64,000 nucleotides of DNA from Trichoplax adhaerens (GCF_000150275.1 NW_002060947.1:7673880-7737879); one strand, 5' to 3'. Numbered from the stretch's first letter, positions 12,271 through 28,400 are shown. The notes: generated from the letters alone by a model not told the origin. Program-made: numbers and translations.

Positions 12271-15200
12271 TTGTTAGCATCTATTCATTGCTTGATAAAA
12301 AAAATTATACCATTATGTCCAAGAATTGTTTTAGCCGATTTTGACGGAATACTATTAACTATTATTATCAAATTGCTGATTACCTTTGATGACAACTTTT
12401 ATCCCTTATTTCATCACTACTGCTTTGACCTATTAATTCCAAATGCTTAGACAACTGCTATAAAGTCTCAACTATATTTGACTATATGCTTTAAGTTAAT
12501 TTAAATTTGAATACAATACTAACTTTATTAGTTAATATTTGGTTTCTTGACGAAATAAACAATTGTAAATTAATTATGTTCATTTGTGATTGCTGAAAAT
12601 TGAATAAATTGTTTTCATCATCGTCACTGAACTGTTATTCAATTCCTGTTTGTCCACCTGTTTAATATGACCAGCAGCAAAGTAATGACGATTTCTTGTG
12701 GGTTATTACACCGCTAGCATTTGCAACTATTTTCATATATTTTATCGTTTTGATAACAAAATTTTTTCCTATTCTGGAGACAAAAACTGCCAAGCAAGGC
12801 TTTTCATTGCATTATATTAATAAGGCATATTGTCTTATTGATAGTTCGATCAATACTCTTGTATTACTCTATCAGTTAGAACCCAGCAGAGAATGGGACA
12901 TAATTGTCTTCCCATTAAGCTTCAGGTGAAATTCCGATATTGCAATGACAAAAAATTAAAACTATTTTCTGCTAATGATTTTTTTATATGTGAAATAATA
13001 ACTCTAGATAATTAAATTAAGTATAATTTTAATAAATTAGCTAACTGCACTGCTTTAATAGTGGTAACAAATCAGCGTCGATATGTTTAAAATTGACATT
13101 ATTAAAGCATAGGCGTCATTTAACGATTGAATGATTATCCATCACCTTTAATTGCATGGATGAATAACTCAATTCTATTTAACCTTAAGATGTCGATCTA
13201 TTTGAAAACATGAAGTGAACATCGTTAGTCGGAGAGACATGTCTTAATTTGGTACGACTCATTAATAAACGCAAGCAATAAGTCAATGATTCAACACGAA
13301 CAAAACGATTTTCCGTATTTTTTCCCCTTTTATTCTCTGGTAATACCTATTTTGTTGTACCCTGAGGTGATCAAAGCAAGTACCATAGGTCAGGAGATGA
13401 TGGGAAATTTTCTAAATTAATTATATCATCGAAATTCAACAGAATATTTTATTAATAGAATAGTAGACAATTACTGATCAATGTAGCGTTGAAAATCCTT
13501 TCCGACAAGCATTTGATTGATAATATTAAACTTTGTATAGATTTAATTTAATCAGTAAATGAAATAACAAGGAGGGCTGTAATCTTAGATATCTAACATA
13601 ATACAATAGAATATTTTTAATTAACGATCGTCAAAAATAATCTAAATCGTCTAATTTTTATTTATTTTTTACTAATCTAGCAAATACTGATGTACAAACC
13701 CTTGAAATGGCGCATTTTTTTGCGTGCATTTCTTTTTCTTATGCAGTAAATAAAAAGTTAATTGTTATGATAGTCATTTGTAGCTACATCAAATCATCAT
13801 CATTTATCTGATTGATTGTGAAAGCGTATAAATTACTAAAGATACAAAGGTTCTGTTTAAGAGTTTCACTTTTTCAAGTGTAATTTATAGGCACTAAACG
13901 TAGGTTGGACAAACTTTTTTGGCAGTAAATTTTGATTAGGCTATTACCACGACAACAAAAATAATAAATACTTAATCTGCTATCAGCAATAGAATTGCCT
14001 TCAATTTCAATTCAGTTTGAAAAAAAGCTAGAGGTACATTATATAGAATATAGATCTACTGTCAAGGGAACTGCGATACTCGTACTTTGTAACAAAGTAC
14101 TCGATTTAAGTATCTTGTAAAATCAGTAAGTCTTATTTAAGAAGGTAATAATGTGAATAATATGTTACATATTTGCTTATTCCATCATCGGCTGAAGGTA
14201 TAGTACCTGAACTCTAGAATCTGTTATATTTGAAGACCATTTACATTTCTGGTTCAGAATTAAATTTAGAAAACGAAAATAGTTGCTTTTTAGTATAAAT
14301 AATACAAATGTTTCGCTGATTAATGATTGATTACTAAAGCAATATGACGTAATATTATCTCAAAAGTTTATAATAGTATCATTAATACGTTTAAGGGCAA
14401 AAGTAATCGATACGTAATAGGAAAAATATTTTAAAATTGTTACGGTATGCAATAATGAATGGAAGCCAAAATCAAAGTACATTAAATTTTCTAAATCGCT
14501 TAAGACCAATATTTTAAGCAGAAATGGATGTTGTTTCCCAGGTGGCAAAAACAATAACAACAATTCTTATAACAATGCTATCCAGTAGAAAAAGTTAATA
14601 GATCATGAAGTCAGATCTACATTTTTACATTAAAACAAAAGATCGAAAAAGGAAACAAATAAATTGACCTCGATTATTTTTCCGGTCGTAAAGAAATGAA
14701 GTATTCTGAGATACAGTTGATTATGGTTGTTTTTTAGAGATCAAAAGCAGCTTTGTTGTTTTATAATCGTATCCATTGAAATCAATAACATCTGAAATAT
14801 CACCTTACAGAAAATCTATATAGGGGCTGATATAATTATTGCTTAAGAAGGGATACTGATTGTTGGTGCTCTAAGATTAATTTCTTGCTTGATTAGTGAT
14901 ATATCTGGTAGTATTCATAGCGGAGGCATTAAGATAATAATGAGCGTTAGTTAAGTAAAGCTAAATTCCCTATAAATACTTTAACTATTGTTGAACGAAG
15001 AAATAAAAAATAGCGAGGACGACTTTGATAGAGTCTCAAAAGCACTCTTAATTTCGGTCAGATTTATCAGCACAGCCGTAGCATTATAAAATGCACCTGC
15101 ACTATAGTTTTAGTTTAAAATATCAGTATACTACGATAAACAAAAAGTTAACTCCTATCTAAGCTTCTTCATCGTTTATTCAATTTGGATAACAATTTTA

Positions 15201-18200
15201 TCTAGCAAAGCATAAAAGCTGCTTGAGTATTGTTTGACCTAAAGCGTCTACTTTTAACCTAGTCGTACCCTAGACGATTATTATATTGCAGCACGAAAGA
15301 GAACTTAACATACTGTCATAGTTATTTCAAGTGTTAAGGAAAAAGTTGCTAGAATTATAATCGATATGCATCGTCAGTTTTCTACCATTATTTTATCTAT
15401 TATCAAAAATAACAATAATGTCTACTTGGGATAGTACAAGACTTCAGCACGATTATAATAAAATGTGACCTGAGTTCTACAGAGTATTGCTAAGTAACAC
15501 AAAATTTCTTTCCTTCAATATGGAAATGCCAATTATGAATGAAAATTAAAGACAATAGTTTCTCAATTGCTGTAGTATATTTCGTGCCGAATATTGTGAT
15601 CGTATTAAGTCGATGGATGAATTTATAACAATAAACAAAATCAAAATTGATCCTAAATTTAGTCGTGCCTAACAGGATCACTAGTCTTGATTAAGAACAG
15701 TTCAACTACCGGTCGGAATCGTACCGTAGGAAGTGAGATCAAAATAGAGTATTTTACAGGATAATAAAATAAGGCATATTTGATCCGAAGGCATTTGCCA
15801 TACACGATGTCACAGTATGGTTTATGTTCAACCATGTAAGAAAATGAAGCATCGATAATTATAATTTGAATGGAGATATTGTCTGATACAAAGAGTAACG
15901 ATCAGTGTAGTACTTTCTTCTCCTTTTCGTATTTAAAGTGATCGGGTATGATGGATGGAATTAAATTAAAGGTTAAAATATTACCGTAGTAGTATCAGAT
16001 AAGGATAGCCGCAAAGTTAGTCTATTTTACTCTGTTCCTTAACTGTAATATCACACAACAGGACACATTAAATTATAGGCGGAGACGATACGAGAAATAT
16101 ACCATTGACAATACTCCTCAATGCCGAACGTATTCGTGAAATAACACACATCATATTTTGGCGAACAAGGTTATTTTAATTTAAAATAGCATTTAAATCC
16201 AATCAATGTCCGATAGCTGTAATAACTTTTACCATTAATAGCAGCCCAATAATAAAAATATTTTCAACCACGTTACACGTATGTAACTATTACTTCCTAA
16301 TTAGTGAAGTACTGGTATTTCAAGATTCAGCTCTATATCGATATCTACCTAACTACGTAATGATGGGAGCATATTATCGCTCTCATAGATTGATGCTGTC
16401 AAAATTATTTTAACATTAAAATGCTTCTTTATGACAGAGATCAATTGAATTGTGGATTAAAAGAGATGAAGATGAATCCCCTGAAGCTATCTTACTATAA
16501 AATTTGAAGATTAGATTTAGACAAAACCGATCCATCCTACAACAGCCTTAGCTAATATTTTATTCAGATCGCAAGTTATTTATAAATTTCTACTGATAAG
16601 CATCAACTGTAGTGCTGCTTAATATCTCATCAAGACATGATTTTTTCGCTATTTAAACCTAAATTCTTTAACTTAATGTTACTAACATCTCTCGATCATA
16701 AACGTCACCCGTATGTAAATAGGGCGTAAATAAAATTTATCAACTTATGAGATCCTATGGCGGGTTAAAGACTAAATTCAATTTGCGATCATATCATTTC
16801 GGTACATAGTTTAATATCCGGTTTTAGACTTATGTAGGCGTTCTAAAATTCAATTACAGCAGTTTTATTCAATTTTAGCAACCAGGTGATAATAAAGATA
16901 TAGTAAATTCTGACGGCTAGCACAGCTTGATTACTTCTTTTGATTGGTGTCTCATCTCATTAGTTAGAGTCTTCGACATAGCTTCGGACATACCATCATG
17001 CTTGACTAATTTTGATTTCGTTACGGATAGTATGAGTAAAAAGGAATAGTATGGTGCTGATTGAAGCCATTTCAATAGTTAATAAATAAACATTACATTA
17101 ATCAGGCCACCTTGAATGCTATGCTGCTTCGCTTTCTAGCCGTCTTGTTCACGAGCGTTTTATTCTCCTTGCATGTAAGAGTATTTCGACAAATCAAAAT
17201 ATTTATTTAGTATCAGTATTAAAATAGCCTGAATGCGGTACCGAATGAAAATGCTATGTAACTAAAAGCATTTATTAGCAACTGTATAAATATGTTCAGT
17301 CTATAAATAATATAATTAAACATGCAAGAACCAAGAAGATGGGGCAAGTTTGAGCTTTTTTAAACATGTTTGAGGTTAGGCTATCATTCTTGGATACTTT
17401 TTATTTCTTACTTTACAGCTTAGAAATCTTTTTGGTAAGTGTATTTATTAAAATAGCTAAAGGCTATCCGTAAGTAAGAGTTATCTTGAAATTCAAAATA
17501 AATGCTGGTTAGCCTTTAAAATAAGGTAATGAATACTTAGCATTATCACCAAAAAAAATTCTAAATGCGTGTGAAAAATGAATACTAATTAACACTTAAA
17601 ATATGAATTAAGTAAATATTAAAATTAATTTGCCTTTTAAAACTTCACTTTAGCTGAAATTGAGAGTTTACGGGATTATTTATAAGAGATGATCAAAATT
17701 ATGAAATTAAGCCATCTGAAATAGACAATTCTTAGCGTAAACATTCCTAAATTATTGAGCTAAAATCTCTATCCGGTCGTATAAGAAGTACTCATATTGA
17801 TTTACTATCATCGAATTAACTTAGAATTCGTACAGTAATTTGGACTCTTTTTATATAATTATCGGCATATGTATTTGAAATTCTCGAATTAGTCGTTTTA
17901 TTGTGAAAAATAAATGATTATACGCTTATTAACTTAACTAGACAGTATCAGACGTTTTTTAATTCTATTACAGTAGATACTTGTTATTAACATCACTGAA
18001 TAGTGCTTAAAATAATAGAATAAGATAACGGTTTTTTTATTCTAGTGAGGTTTGCTAACGCAGTGCTCATGTTGTGAACTAGTCGATCGAAAAGATTAGT
18101 TTACGAATATGCCAAATGGTTAGATATAAATAAATAAATGTCCAGGTGTTTTGGGTAACGTCTAATACCTTGCAATTATACGATTATCAGGTATGGTACT

Positions 18201-19457
18201 TTATTTCTAAATTATGTATATGAGTTCGTTTTAACTACTTTAGTTACGTCTAGACATAGCTATTATAATGAAATAATTTTTGGTACATATATAGTGCAAT
18301 TCACTTGCTTTTATTTCATCGCTTTCTACCAGTAGCAGAAAATCTCGTTAGCATAAATTATTCTAATGCTCTCTTCTACATCTAAGAGATGCCTTTAAAA
18401 TAAATGATCAGACTATCCTTTACGAAATCGTAGCGGATGAAAAGATTGAATAATTATGAAATTTTTCTGTTTAGCTTGCCTCTCATCTAGTATATAGTAT
18501 TAAAGACCAGTAGTAGAGTTTTCGATCAAATTAAATCACAGAAGTTAAGATTTACTTGTCAGTAGACCTCTTTTGTCCTTTTAAGCTCAATCTGACCTTA
18601 ATTTCCACTTCTGAAAGGCTTTATTCAAAAATTAGGCTTCTTAACTTTTATAATTACTGTACAATAATTGAAAATTTTAATAACCATGGGAGGCTACTAT
18701 AACCATGCACAATTTTCGTGCAATACAATTAATGTAATTTAATCTTTAATACAACATGTATGTTCGCAGAAATTTCCCGTTTACTGTCATTCGTAAGTCT
18801 TGACCTATATCTTTGTCTTCAATCACGAATCTCTAGTCGAAAAATAAAATATAGAAATTAAACTGGACTTTTGGATCTTACTATTTATTTCCAATTGGAA
18901 ATAAAAAGATCCTCAATATTCATACTAATAATACATATTAATTAATGAATAATTCCGAGAAACTAGTGCAAGTATGGTACATTGTTTTAAATCTATATCT
19001 ATGAATGTATTCGCTCATTATCCACTTACAACTAGTAAGCAACAAAAATATACTGCAAAATTTTCATACTATTGCATCCCTTCATAATGATCACTAAATA
19101 TCTAATAATGTGAGATCAAATTTTGAAGAGAATAGCTTAATTTTGACTTTAAATAATTCATATATCTTACGACTAGTACAACGATATTGTACATCTATCT
19201 CTATCAAATGAATAAATGTCCTTATTAAATTTTAAAACTAAAAGTACTAACTACAGCAAAATTGAATCGCAAAATGATTAACCGTGTAATAAGCTATAAA
19301 ATACTTGGGTCGAAATAATCGAGTCTAAATCAGTTCTTTCTGACTAAAATTAAGCTGTTCAGCCCTATATGCAGCAATACATAATTATTATAATTCAATT
19401 TAAGTACAGAACCAATATTATTTTTATTTCCGTATTTTATGAAACTGTAGCAAGGAT

Positions 19458-19594
19458 NNNNNNNNNNNNNNNNNNNNNNNNNNNNNNNNNNNNNNNNNNN
19501 NNNNNNNNNNNNNNNNNNNNNNNNNNNNNNNNNNNNNNNNNNNNNNNNNNNNNNNNNNNNNNNNNNNNNNNNNNNNNNNNNNNNNNNNNNNNNN
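19458..19594. other. Assembly gap (137 N)
   Basis: Run of n characters. Confidence 1.
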
Positions 19595-20140
19595 GAAATA
19601 ATATATTAATTTATTATTGTTAGTATCAATGTGGTAACTATGCAATAATATTGCGAACTAAATATGGAAAATAATAATATATTACTTCAGAAAGTTATAC
19701 GCACTTTTACTCTCCAAATAAAACTAATGAAAAAAAAGATTAAGCTAAAATGTTGGCATTTATCAGAATTGAGGCTCTCTCTGACGTAAAATCTATCGGG
19801 TACATTCCTTGAGGTTAAAATAGATACTTTACGTAAGAATCATCGTAACTGATATCAGTTAGCCAATTAATCATACTATCATTAATATTAGTATTTGATT
19901 GATAGCTTAATCTGTAATATCTTAATTTTACGAATTTAGTTTTACGTCTTCCTTATATTGTATTTCAAACGTTAAATAATTTTACTCGCATTTTTATGTT
20001 ATAATAATGGAATCTTCACTAAAAATAACGATAGAAATAGGGATTGAAGAGATACCTATCAATTCGCAAATAATTTATTTAACATAGCTTCTAGCAGCTG
20101 TTGTTGCTAACTAGTAGACATCCATATGTGCAAATCGGCA

Positions 20141-23100
20141 TCAATAAGTGAACCTATATTTGTTAACTAGATCGGCATAATATAGCCGCAAAGCTTTAAT
20201 CAGCTGGTCAATGGTGATTCTAATGCTGCTACTTATGATGCGCATATGATAATATATCCATTGCGTGTAATTGACACTTGGATCCTGTGATGATTGTTGT
20301 TGAAGTTCCGAACAGTATTTCTCGCATATACACATTACTACATGCTGTGGTTACGTTATAACTAACAGATACTATTACATTAGTTCCTTTAAAACCTCTT
20401 TTTAGCATTAGAACTGACAATGTAAATCTTAGTTACATACTTTACGCTAATGAAATGTTGATGTTGGGTTGATATACAGAAGTACGAAAAGCTAACTGAT
20501 TGCAATATATCACTCAAAATAAGTAAGGTTAAATATAAAACTCGGTGCTAAATATCGATTTTTAATGAACAACTAATATAGAAATTAAAACAAGTGAGAG
20601 AAAGAAACAGCGTGATTCTAACTAGCCATTGCAAATTTTATATTAAGTACAACCTATCTGCTTAATGTAAGATCTGCTAACAATTTCTAATCTACTCATA
20701 GACTCTACTTACTCTAGCGTCATTTGAAATACCAAATAGTGCACCGAGGTATACCAAATGAAAATAAGCAATCAGGCTAAAGACAAGATTGATGGATATA
20801 GCTACAAAGGAAGGCTAGAAAGGAATAAATCCAATTTATAATTGAAATACCCAATTACCCTATCAAGCTGCACAGTAAAGTAGAAGATTATCGCAAAGGT
20901 TTTTTAATATTTTGTTGGTGTATGTGATTCTCGACACACTTAATGAATTGAACTTATGGCTGATGGAATAGTTAGACAAATAACTTTTCATTAACACTTT
21001 TGTTATGTAATAGCTCACCGCTAAGTGCAATCATTTCGCTTTTAAGATAAAGTCTATAATATCCTTTCATTTGTTGTCTGAGTAAACTAACCTCCTTATA
21101 GAAATGCTGACAACGATTTTTTTGACATTTTCTTGACATGATGCACGCATTCAATAACTGAGCTAATTTTTTCCGGAATACTGAAGTGAAGACCGTCCAG
21201 TTTATTCATATTTAATGTAATCATAAAATGAATAAAATGATATCTCTAATTAATTAAAATCTTTTGATTGACATAGTTTGGCTAAGTGAAGAGTTAGTTA
21301 ATCATAAGAGTCTTGTTGTAAAAGAAAAATTGCAGTATCTTACGAATGTATCAAAAACGATATTTTCAATCATTCCATTAATACTTAGATATATCAAGGA
21401 TAGTCTAGCAATGAAATGTAGGTAGATAGATATTCCCAGACTAATAAGTCAATACATGATACTAACTTTATGTTTATCAATTATAATTAATTATAATAAA
21501 GGAGATAGGCCAATCATCTACACTACAATTTTGCTACTTTCAGGAAATTCTGTCTCTGGACATTATGCTTATTAAAGAGCATTTCATTATTTTTGGAGAC
21601 TTATAAGCTCAGATATAATTAGATTAGCTAGTTTCCAATCTCTAGCTTTATGCCATTGCAATATATATCTGAATTAATTCTAGTAAGAAATAACTAGAGT
21701 AATTTTCAAAGCAATAGTAAATTGATGCTTTCTATTTAACAATTTAAGATATATCACTTTCCCTACTATCATCTGAATTAGCTATAAATAAATTTTAAAA
21801 AGTTATAGCAACTGTCAAACATAGCAATATATTATTTGGTGAAGGTAAATGGTGAGAAGAGAGTCTGTTGTTCCTATTTTGGATTGTTTTTAAGCCGTTA
21901 AAACAGTTAAATACAACATGTAAAATACAATCTATATAGGGGATTAGAGGATCAAATAGGCCAAATACATTATGTATCACTAATAGGTTACTTGAAACTT
22001 ACCATGTTCAATGTATGCATAAACTCCAATAGATAGCAATATTGCGGATAGAGAAAAATTCAATCCCTAAAAGAGAATTGATATGCTGTACTTAATTGAA
22101 GTTCCATTTACAAATAATAGGTATATGAGTAAATCAAGAAGCTCCAGGAAATTAGAGTATTAGGGTGTTTAATACCTTCTTTAGTGTTAAGTTAGATAAA
22201 TTATCTGTTAGCACGAGAAGCTACTCAAATGTTCTACACTATAGCGATATACTATCAGTAGTATATAGACACAGTGAATATTTACTATGCGATACGGCTG
22301 ATTTAATGGTACCGTAGTAAATATAGATTAGCCGTTGTTTAATACGCTTGACTAAACATATATTCCATTTTACAAGTAGCAGCTAACTTGTAGTTGCCAC
22401 GAACGAATATAAATGTACTAACGTGTAATAGAGCACTAGCAAAATATGTTGCAAATACCGCAAACCATTTGCCTCCAGTTATAGAAGGTTGATAAATATC
22501 TAACGGTAGAATAGTTGTATTAGCATAAAAAAATATGAACATGAAAAATCTTCATAAAATTCGTACAATGCTTGATTCGAAATAAGCGAAGAAAAATTGT
22601 AGTGTAATCTTACATTTTTTCAGCATCCAATGGATTGGCATGTTCCAGTAAATAACAACTTCTACCAATGATCTAGGTAATTCAATTCTTGAAGGTTTAA
22701 CAACTTCATGTTGCCTGAAATTAAGAACAATTTTTGGTGGAAGAATGTCAAATTACCTTAAACATTTGCAAAAGGATATATGTTACATTAATACGAGTGT
22801 AAATTAAATGTAGACTATATCTATTAACTATCAAAATAAGTTTCATTGCCTTCAATTGTCTTAATATCGATATTTGACGATGAATGTAGCAAATAATTAT
22901 CTCTAATATTAATGATGATAGATGAAACTTTTTGCAGTTGGCTAACCAATCAAGACTTTCGTTATCTTCATGAGGCTCATTGAAATAACCCGACGCTAGG
23001 CTAGTCGCTTCCGATGTTAAGCAAACAAAGTAGTGACTAAATCGAAACGATAGGGCAGATAGCCAGGCTATGATCCACCTTTAACGTATTGCAAAAAATA

Positions 23101-25463
23101 ATAATTATATCTTTAGAATGTGCAACACAGCAAATCTAAGCATCTAATGTACTATATCACAATTTTGAGCCTTTTTGTAATTAATTTTTGGCTAGCTTGT
23201 AAAATAATATCAAGTAAATACTGAAGCATCTAAGCACTATACCAGAAATTTAAAGCTCTAAATTCTATTTAAAGAGCTTATTGTAAATAAATCACAAACT
23301 ACGACTTAGACTTAATTTTCCAGTAACAATTTGGCTAGTTAATAACTAACAAGGCATGTATATATATTCTAGGCATTGCTGAGAGCAATGATCTGATTCT
23401 CCAGTTCGTGTATGAGTCTTTTAAAGCTGATTCCGTTCTTAAGAGTGAACAGTGGTATATTTGGGGAGAGAGTAAAAGATAAGCTGATTATGCTCGTTAA
23501 AAAGATATGTTCCATGACATACTTATTATTATTACTGTGTTCTCGTAAGCCAGAAGACACACAAGTAGATATTATTAGGCATATAAAACCAAGTATCAGC
23601 GATTTACAGATCGCATAGCTCCACCTCAAGTCCTATCAAATCATGAATCAATAAAAAGTATTATCAGACAATGAGATTGAATCATTAGTAGGATTTTATG
23701 CAGTTGGATAATGGAAAATGAGCCTAAATTTATAAATAAATAGATGATTACAATTCTTCTATTGGAGATGCAGCGCTGATAATCATTATAAGTCATGAAA
23801 GGGCCAAAAATAGCAGTGCCAACAAAATTACAGTATCCAAAACATTGCATAGGTGAAATAGGTAGGTGTACTTCTTTGCTGTCTACATCAACAGCTAGAG
23901 CGATAAGTTTCATGGCTAAGACCATTTCTATCCCTATTTTCAAAGATATAATTAATTCAGATTCTTACTTACGGCAAGAAATATACACCGGTTTTAATTT
24001 AAGACCGTTAAATTTTACCAAAAATTATAGTTACGTTAGTCAATCTGCAGCTGAATTAAATTCTTATACGTTATATGTAGGTCACCTTAGTTACAATACA
24101 TCTTAACTTTATAATCTATGGTGGAGTAAATATAAATTTGATATAATCGTAAATTTAGATCACCTGTTTTATTGCTACAAGCTAATATTTGTCGAGATGT
24201 AACATTAAATATTCTAGTACCGATTCTAAAATACTTATCATGTAAACTGCCGACAATTAACTGAGGTGTGATGATAGGGATAAATATTAGATTAATAACA
24301 CAATTTGGATACTTTTAAAAGAATACTGTGCTAACTTGATTCTTATCCATTATCATAGCGAATTGATTGCCCTAAATATTCTTTTGCTAATTTTTAAAAC
24401 TTGCTTTGATTGCCTTACCTCGTAATCTTTGCCACGATTCTAGGTAAATAATTTCAAATTCGCTGATTTAAGATAAGAAGAATCTTAAATAAATATTATG
24501 TGTCGTATTTCAGAGTAAAACGTCTTAATACAAAAGGATTTGAAGATTACTCTATACTAAGGTTTAAAATTAAGTAAAATAGAAATTTAAATCGTGAAGA
24601 GAAAAAACAAATATCTGTAGCAGTAGCAATTCTACTCCATAATATTTCGTCATTTTTGATGCGAAATATTACTAACTAAACCTTCAACTTTCTTCTACAG
24701 TATCTTCAATAAGATTCTTTAATGTTGTCTATTAGCTTTAATATTCAGTTTGATTTACTGTTAATTTTTTGAAATAGGAAATTGTTAACTGTGAATAGAT
24801 AATAATATGAATAATATTTACACATTATGTATTAACGACTGAGTCCTAATACTCCTTCAGAAGACATACCTAACGTTCCATAAAACTTAACTTATAACAG
24901 TAGCTCTATATTCTTATACTATGAATAGGGCACTATAGCATTGCTATAGTACCAGCAAGCTAACGAACTGAGGGTCTTCAAGTCATTAGTTTAGTTTGTA
25001 CAGGTAAATCTATTTTCTATCAGTCTCTTATATACCATAGCATTAGATAGCAAACGGAAACCAGAGCCATGATAATACCGCGATGTCGATCAAAAAATCG
25101 AATAATTACATAGCCAATCCAGGTTTCTACTAGTAAAACGACTATTTGACTTTCAAATTGAAGCCAGAGAACTAATGTGCCTGCTAGGCCTGCGAAAGCA
25201 TGATTAATGAAAGTGTATTGTTGATGAAATGGATTAAAAAAAACCAAAAGACGAAATAGAATACAGGGATAGAAGTTTAAATAATGATTGAATAGTATTT
25301 GACTAAGTAATGGAATCATGCATTCATAATATTGTTGAGTTATATAACTAAACCACGTCTGCGGTGATGATAAAGTTGAATCCAACATTAGATTTATTAA
25401 TTCATTGGAACCAGGATATTCTGAGTCTTTACTTAGGTATAAACCAACATTACCGTCTTCCAT
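20141..25463 (-). CDS. PORCN: Porcupine, Wnt O-palmitoleoyltransferase (MBOAT family), multi-exon
   Basis: ATG at 25463. Motifs: WQRLRG-IEMVLAMKLIALA, GTAIFGPF, SFRFSHYFV, VKPSRIELPRSLVEVVIYWNMPIHWMLK, TYFASALLH-GLNFSLSAILLSIG (catalytic His), FRKKLAQLLNACI, FHLVYLGALF. The last exon (20284-20141) is tentative. Confidence 0.93.
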
Positions 25464-28400
25464 AATTAATCTGTAGTTATGTCGATAAAATAGCGAAGTA
25501 ATTCTCTCAGCTAGCGAACTTTTTGGACAAGGTAACCCAAAAGAAAACTTTTCTTGTTTCAATGTGGCCTACTTGAAGTATGAATTGAAAAATTACGTAA
25601 ACTTCTATATAATTATTAATCGCTAACTTTAATTGATTACTAGCTAACATAGTACATTAAAAATGACTTAATCCAAGTATAGCAGACGATATCATTTATA
25701 TTTAAAACATTACTATATAGCTAATATTTCGTAACTAAAACAGATATTATCTACGTTATAGTGGCGTACAAAATATTATTGCACTAACTCGTGTTTTGTA
25801 TTAAAACACAAAATATCCTAAATTGATCCGCAATTATAATCACTACTACGGTATCAATAGCTACTAAATAAAATTGATTTTGTATGTATTTTTGCATGCA
25901 CATTACAGCTCATACAGTAGTATTGTAGAACATAGGATTCCTGCTCAATATTTACTACTGAGTATAACATATCTACAGAATAACCAGAATCCAGAGTTTT
26001 TATACGATTGTTGTGCATATATAGCAATACGATAATAACTTGCGAGTGTGATAATAACAACGTCGTAGTGCGTCCTCTTTTAGTACGGTATTTGTAGCGT
26101 TCCAGGCGTATATAACCACAATCTCTAACCAACTACATAGCCTGTAGTACAGAACATTCAAGGCTACAATTTGTAATAAACCTTAATTAACTGGCTGTAA
26201 GAATTAGCTGCCTGCCCGTCAAGACTATACGGAAACAATACTATATTAAAATAAAATTAAATTCACTTAAAGTTATACTGATCACAATGTTCTAAATAAC
26301 CAGAAGCGAGTGTGCTATTCAGTATATTGTACTCCAATATGCACGTCCATAAAGTAAAAATTGGAAAAGTAAAGACTAAGCGAGTATGAATATATATATA
26401 TATAATATATATAAGTAAAAAATAAAAGCAAGTTAAGAGAACATCACGAGTGATAGGTGTAAGCTAGAAATCTTCAGCACGCATATTTCAATACGACTAT
26501 TTAAATAATAAAAGCAAGTGTATTCTAGAATTGAAAATAAATCAATAATACTTAACAAAATGAATATTAAAATATTCTTAAATAAATTAACCGTAGTAGC
26601 TTCTACTGATATTCATTCTCGAAAGTAACCCAGTATTAGCATTCAAAAAAAAATAATCACGGAAACTTATCAATACTAAACAAACTCTTACCGATATTTA
26701 ATTCCTAAAAATAAGTGTGCAGAAAATGTATAGACTTAGCTGTGGTTGACCACTGTAATTGGATATCAAATTTATTCTAGATCGCTATGACTATCAAAAC
26801 CCGTTCATACTGTATCGACTTATTCCCAATAACCGTTTTATACACACAAAAAAAAAGCTATTGTAACCGTGTTAGCCCTTTTATTTAACTAAATAGATAT
26901 CAAAATAAACCTACATTTTTAACGATCGCAGATACGTTAAGTGCATTTGATTATACTGATGTTGACAGTCGTTATTACCACTCTTGCTGCTATTAATCTT
27001 ATTTCGTAGTCCTTTATAGATGATATCGCAGTTTCTGCATTTTATGTTCTTCTACAACAAATACGAGCCAGCTTCAAAGTGCTTGATAGACTTGATAGAA
27101 AGAGTTGCCCTTTCTATTATGCTAGAAGGTATTAACAGAAATAATCCAATCCTAGTTATCGAACTTTTTACCTTGATTCAATGCGAAAGATTCGATACTT
27201 TAATATTGTAACTCGATGAAATTTTTTAAAGTCTACACGTATTCTGAATAGATTGTAACTCGTGTATAAATATTGATTACAGCCAATCAATGATTTTTTT
27301 GCGAACAATATTGCTCTTATAATATCGGTAATCACGGAGGCTCTGTTGCCTTTGATATTGTCGGTAGAACGTGAAGATAATAAAGTATGCTCTTCTTTCA
27401 AAAAGTAAAGTACAATGGTCATATTTATAGAGATTATAATATAATTTGTTGTCACCTAAGTAGTTCAAAAGAACCAAATATAGCCTGAATAAAAAAAATC
27501 GATTCTTATAAATCAATATTCGGTATCGATACATCGAACACTATTATAGTCCAGTAAAAGCCTTAAATGGCATTTCTGTCGGTTATTTGGAAGGCAGAAT
27601 GTATCCGATACGATAGCTTTCACCTGAATTGATTATAAGGCTAGAAATATAGCTAAAATAAAACGGATATAGTTGACTAACAAAGATGCAATATTTCTGA
27701 ATGAATATTCTACTCTATTATTCCAAAAATAAAGCACGAAAATACGATTTTATATCAGCTGTTATAGCCGGTATACCAATTATTGTTGGGTCAGAATTGA
27801 TGACTTGATTAAAATAAGATCCAATGACAATAGAAAGTCTTGGCTAATAGTATATAATAAATAATAAGGGATCATCTCTATTATCTCTATATCATTCAAT
27901 GAAAATTTTGAGATTATATTTGTACATAATATTTACACTTGGAGAGGTACGGTACTTTGAATTATTACAGTGGTCAAGTTATCGTCATTCGACCAAATGA
28001 AAAGGATACTTGCCCGATACAAGTACCGGTGCCAATAATTTTTGTGATAACTCACCGCTAAATAAATTCTAGATATTATTTCCATGTACTATTGAATGAG
28101 TATAGTATGCCTGTAAATTATCAGCATGGTCGAGATTAGTTCAAAAATTAAAATCTTATCAGAAAACTGCCCCAAAATTTTCAATTACGAACGATTTTCT
28201 CTATTGTTATTCAAGTAACTCTAGGATAATATAATATCTATATCTCCCATCAAACAATTAGGGTACTACAGTTCAGTTATACTGGTATCTAGCAATGATA
28301 TCATAATCTAAATTCAGGTAAATAGCATGTTATAAGGTAGGAATGAGAATACCGGCCTAATAATGCACTATAAATGCTCCACTCTTTTGTAATGACCGAG

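Noticed and set aside
19369-19645. ORFs spanning the N run
   Set aside because: Artefacts of the assembly gap.
23412-24106. Plus-strand ORFs of 68 and 103 aa
   Set aside because: Antisense to PORCN exons.
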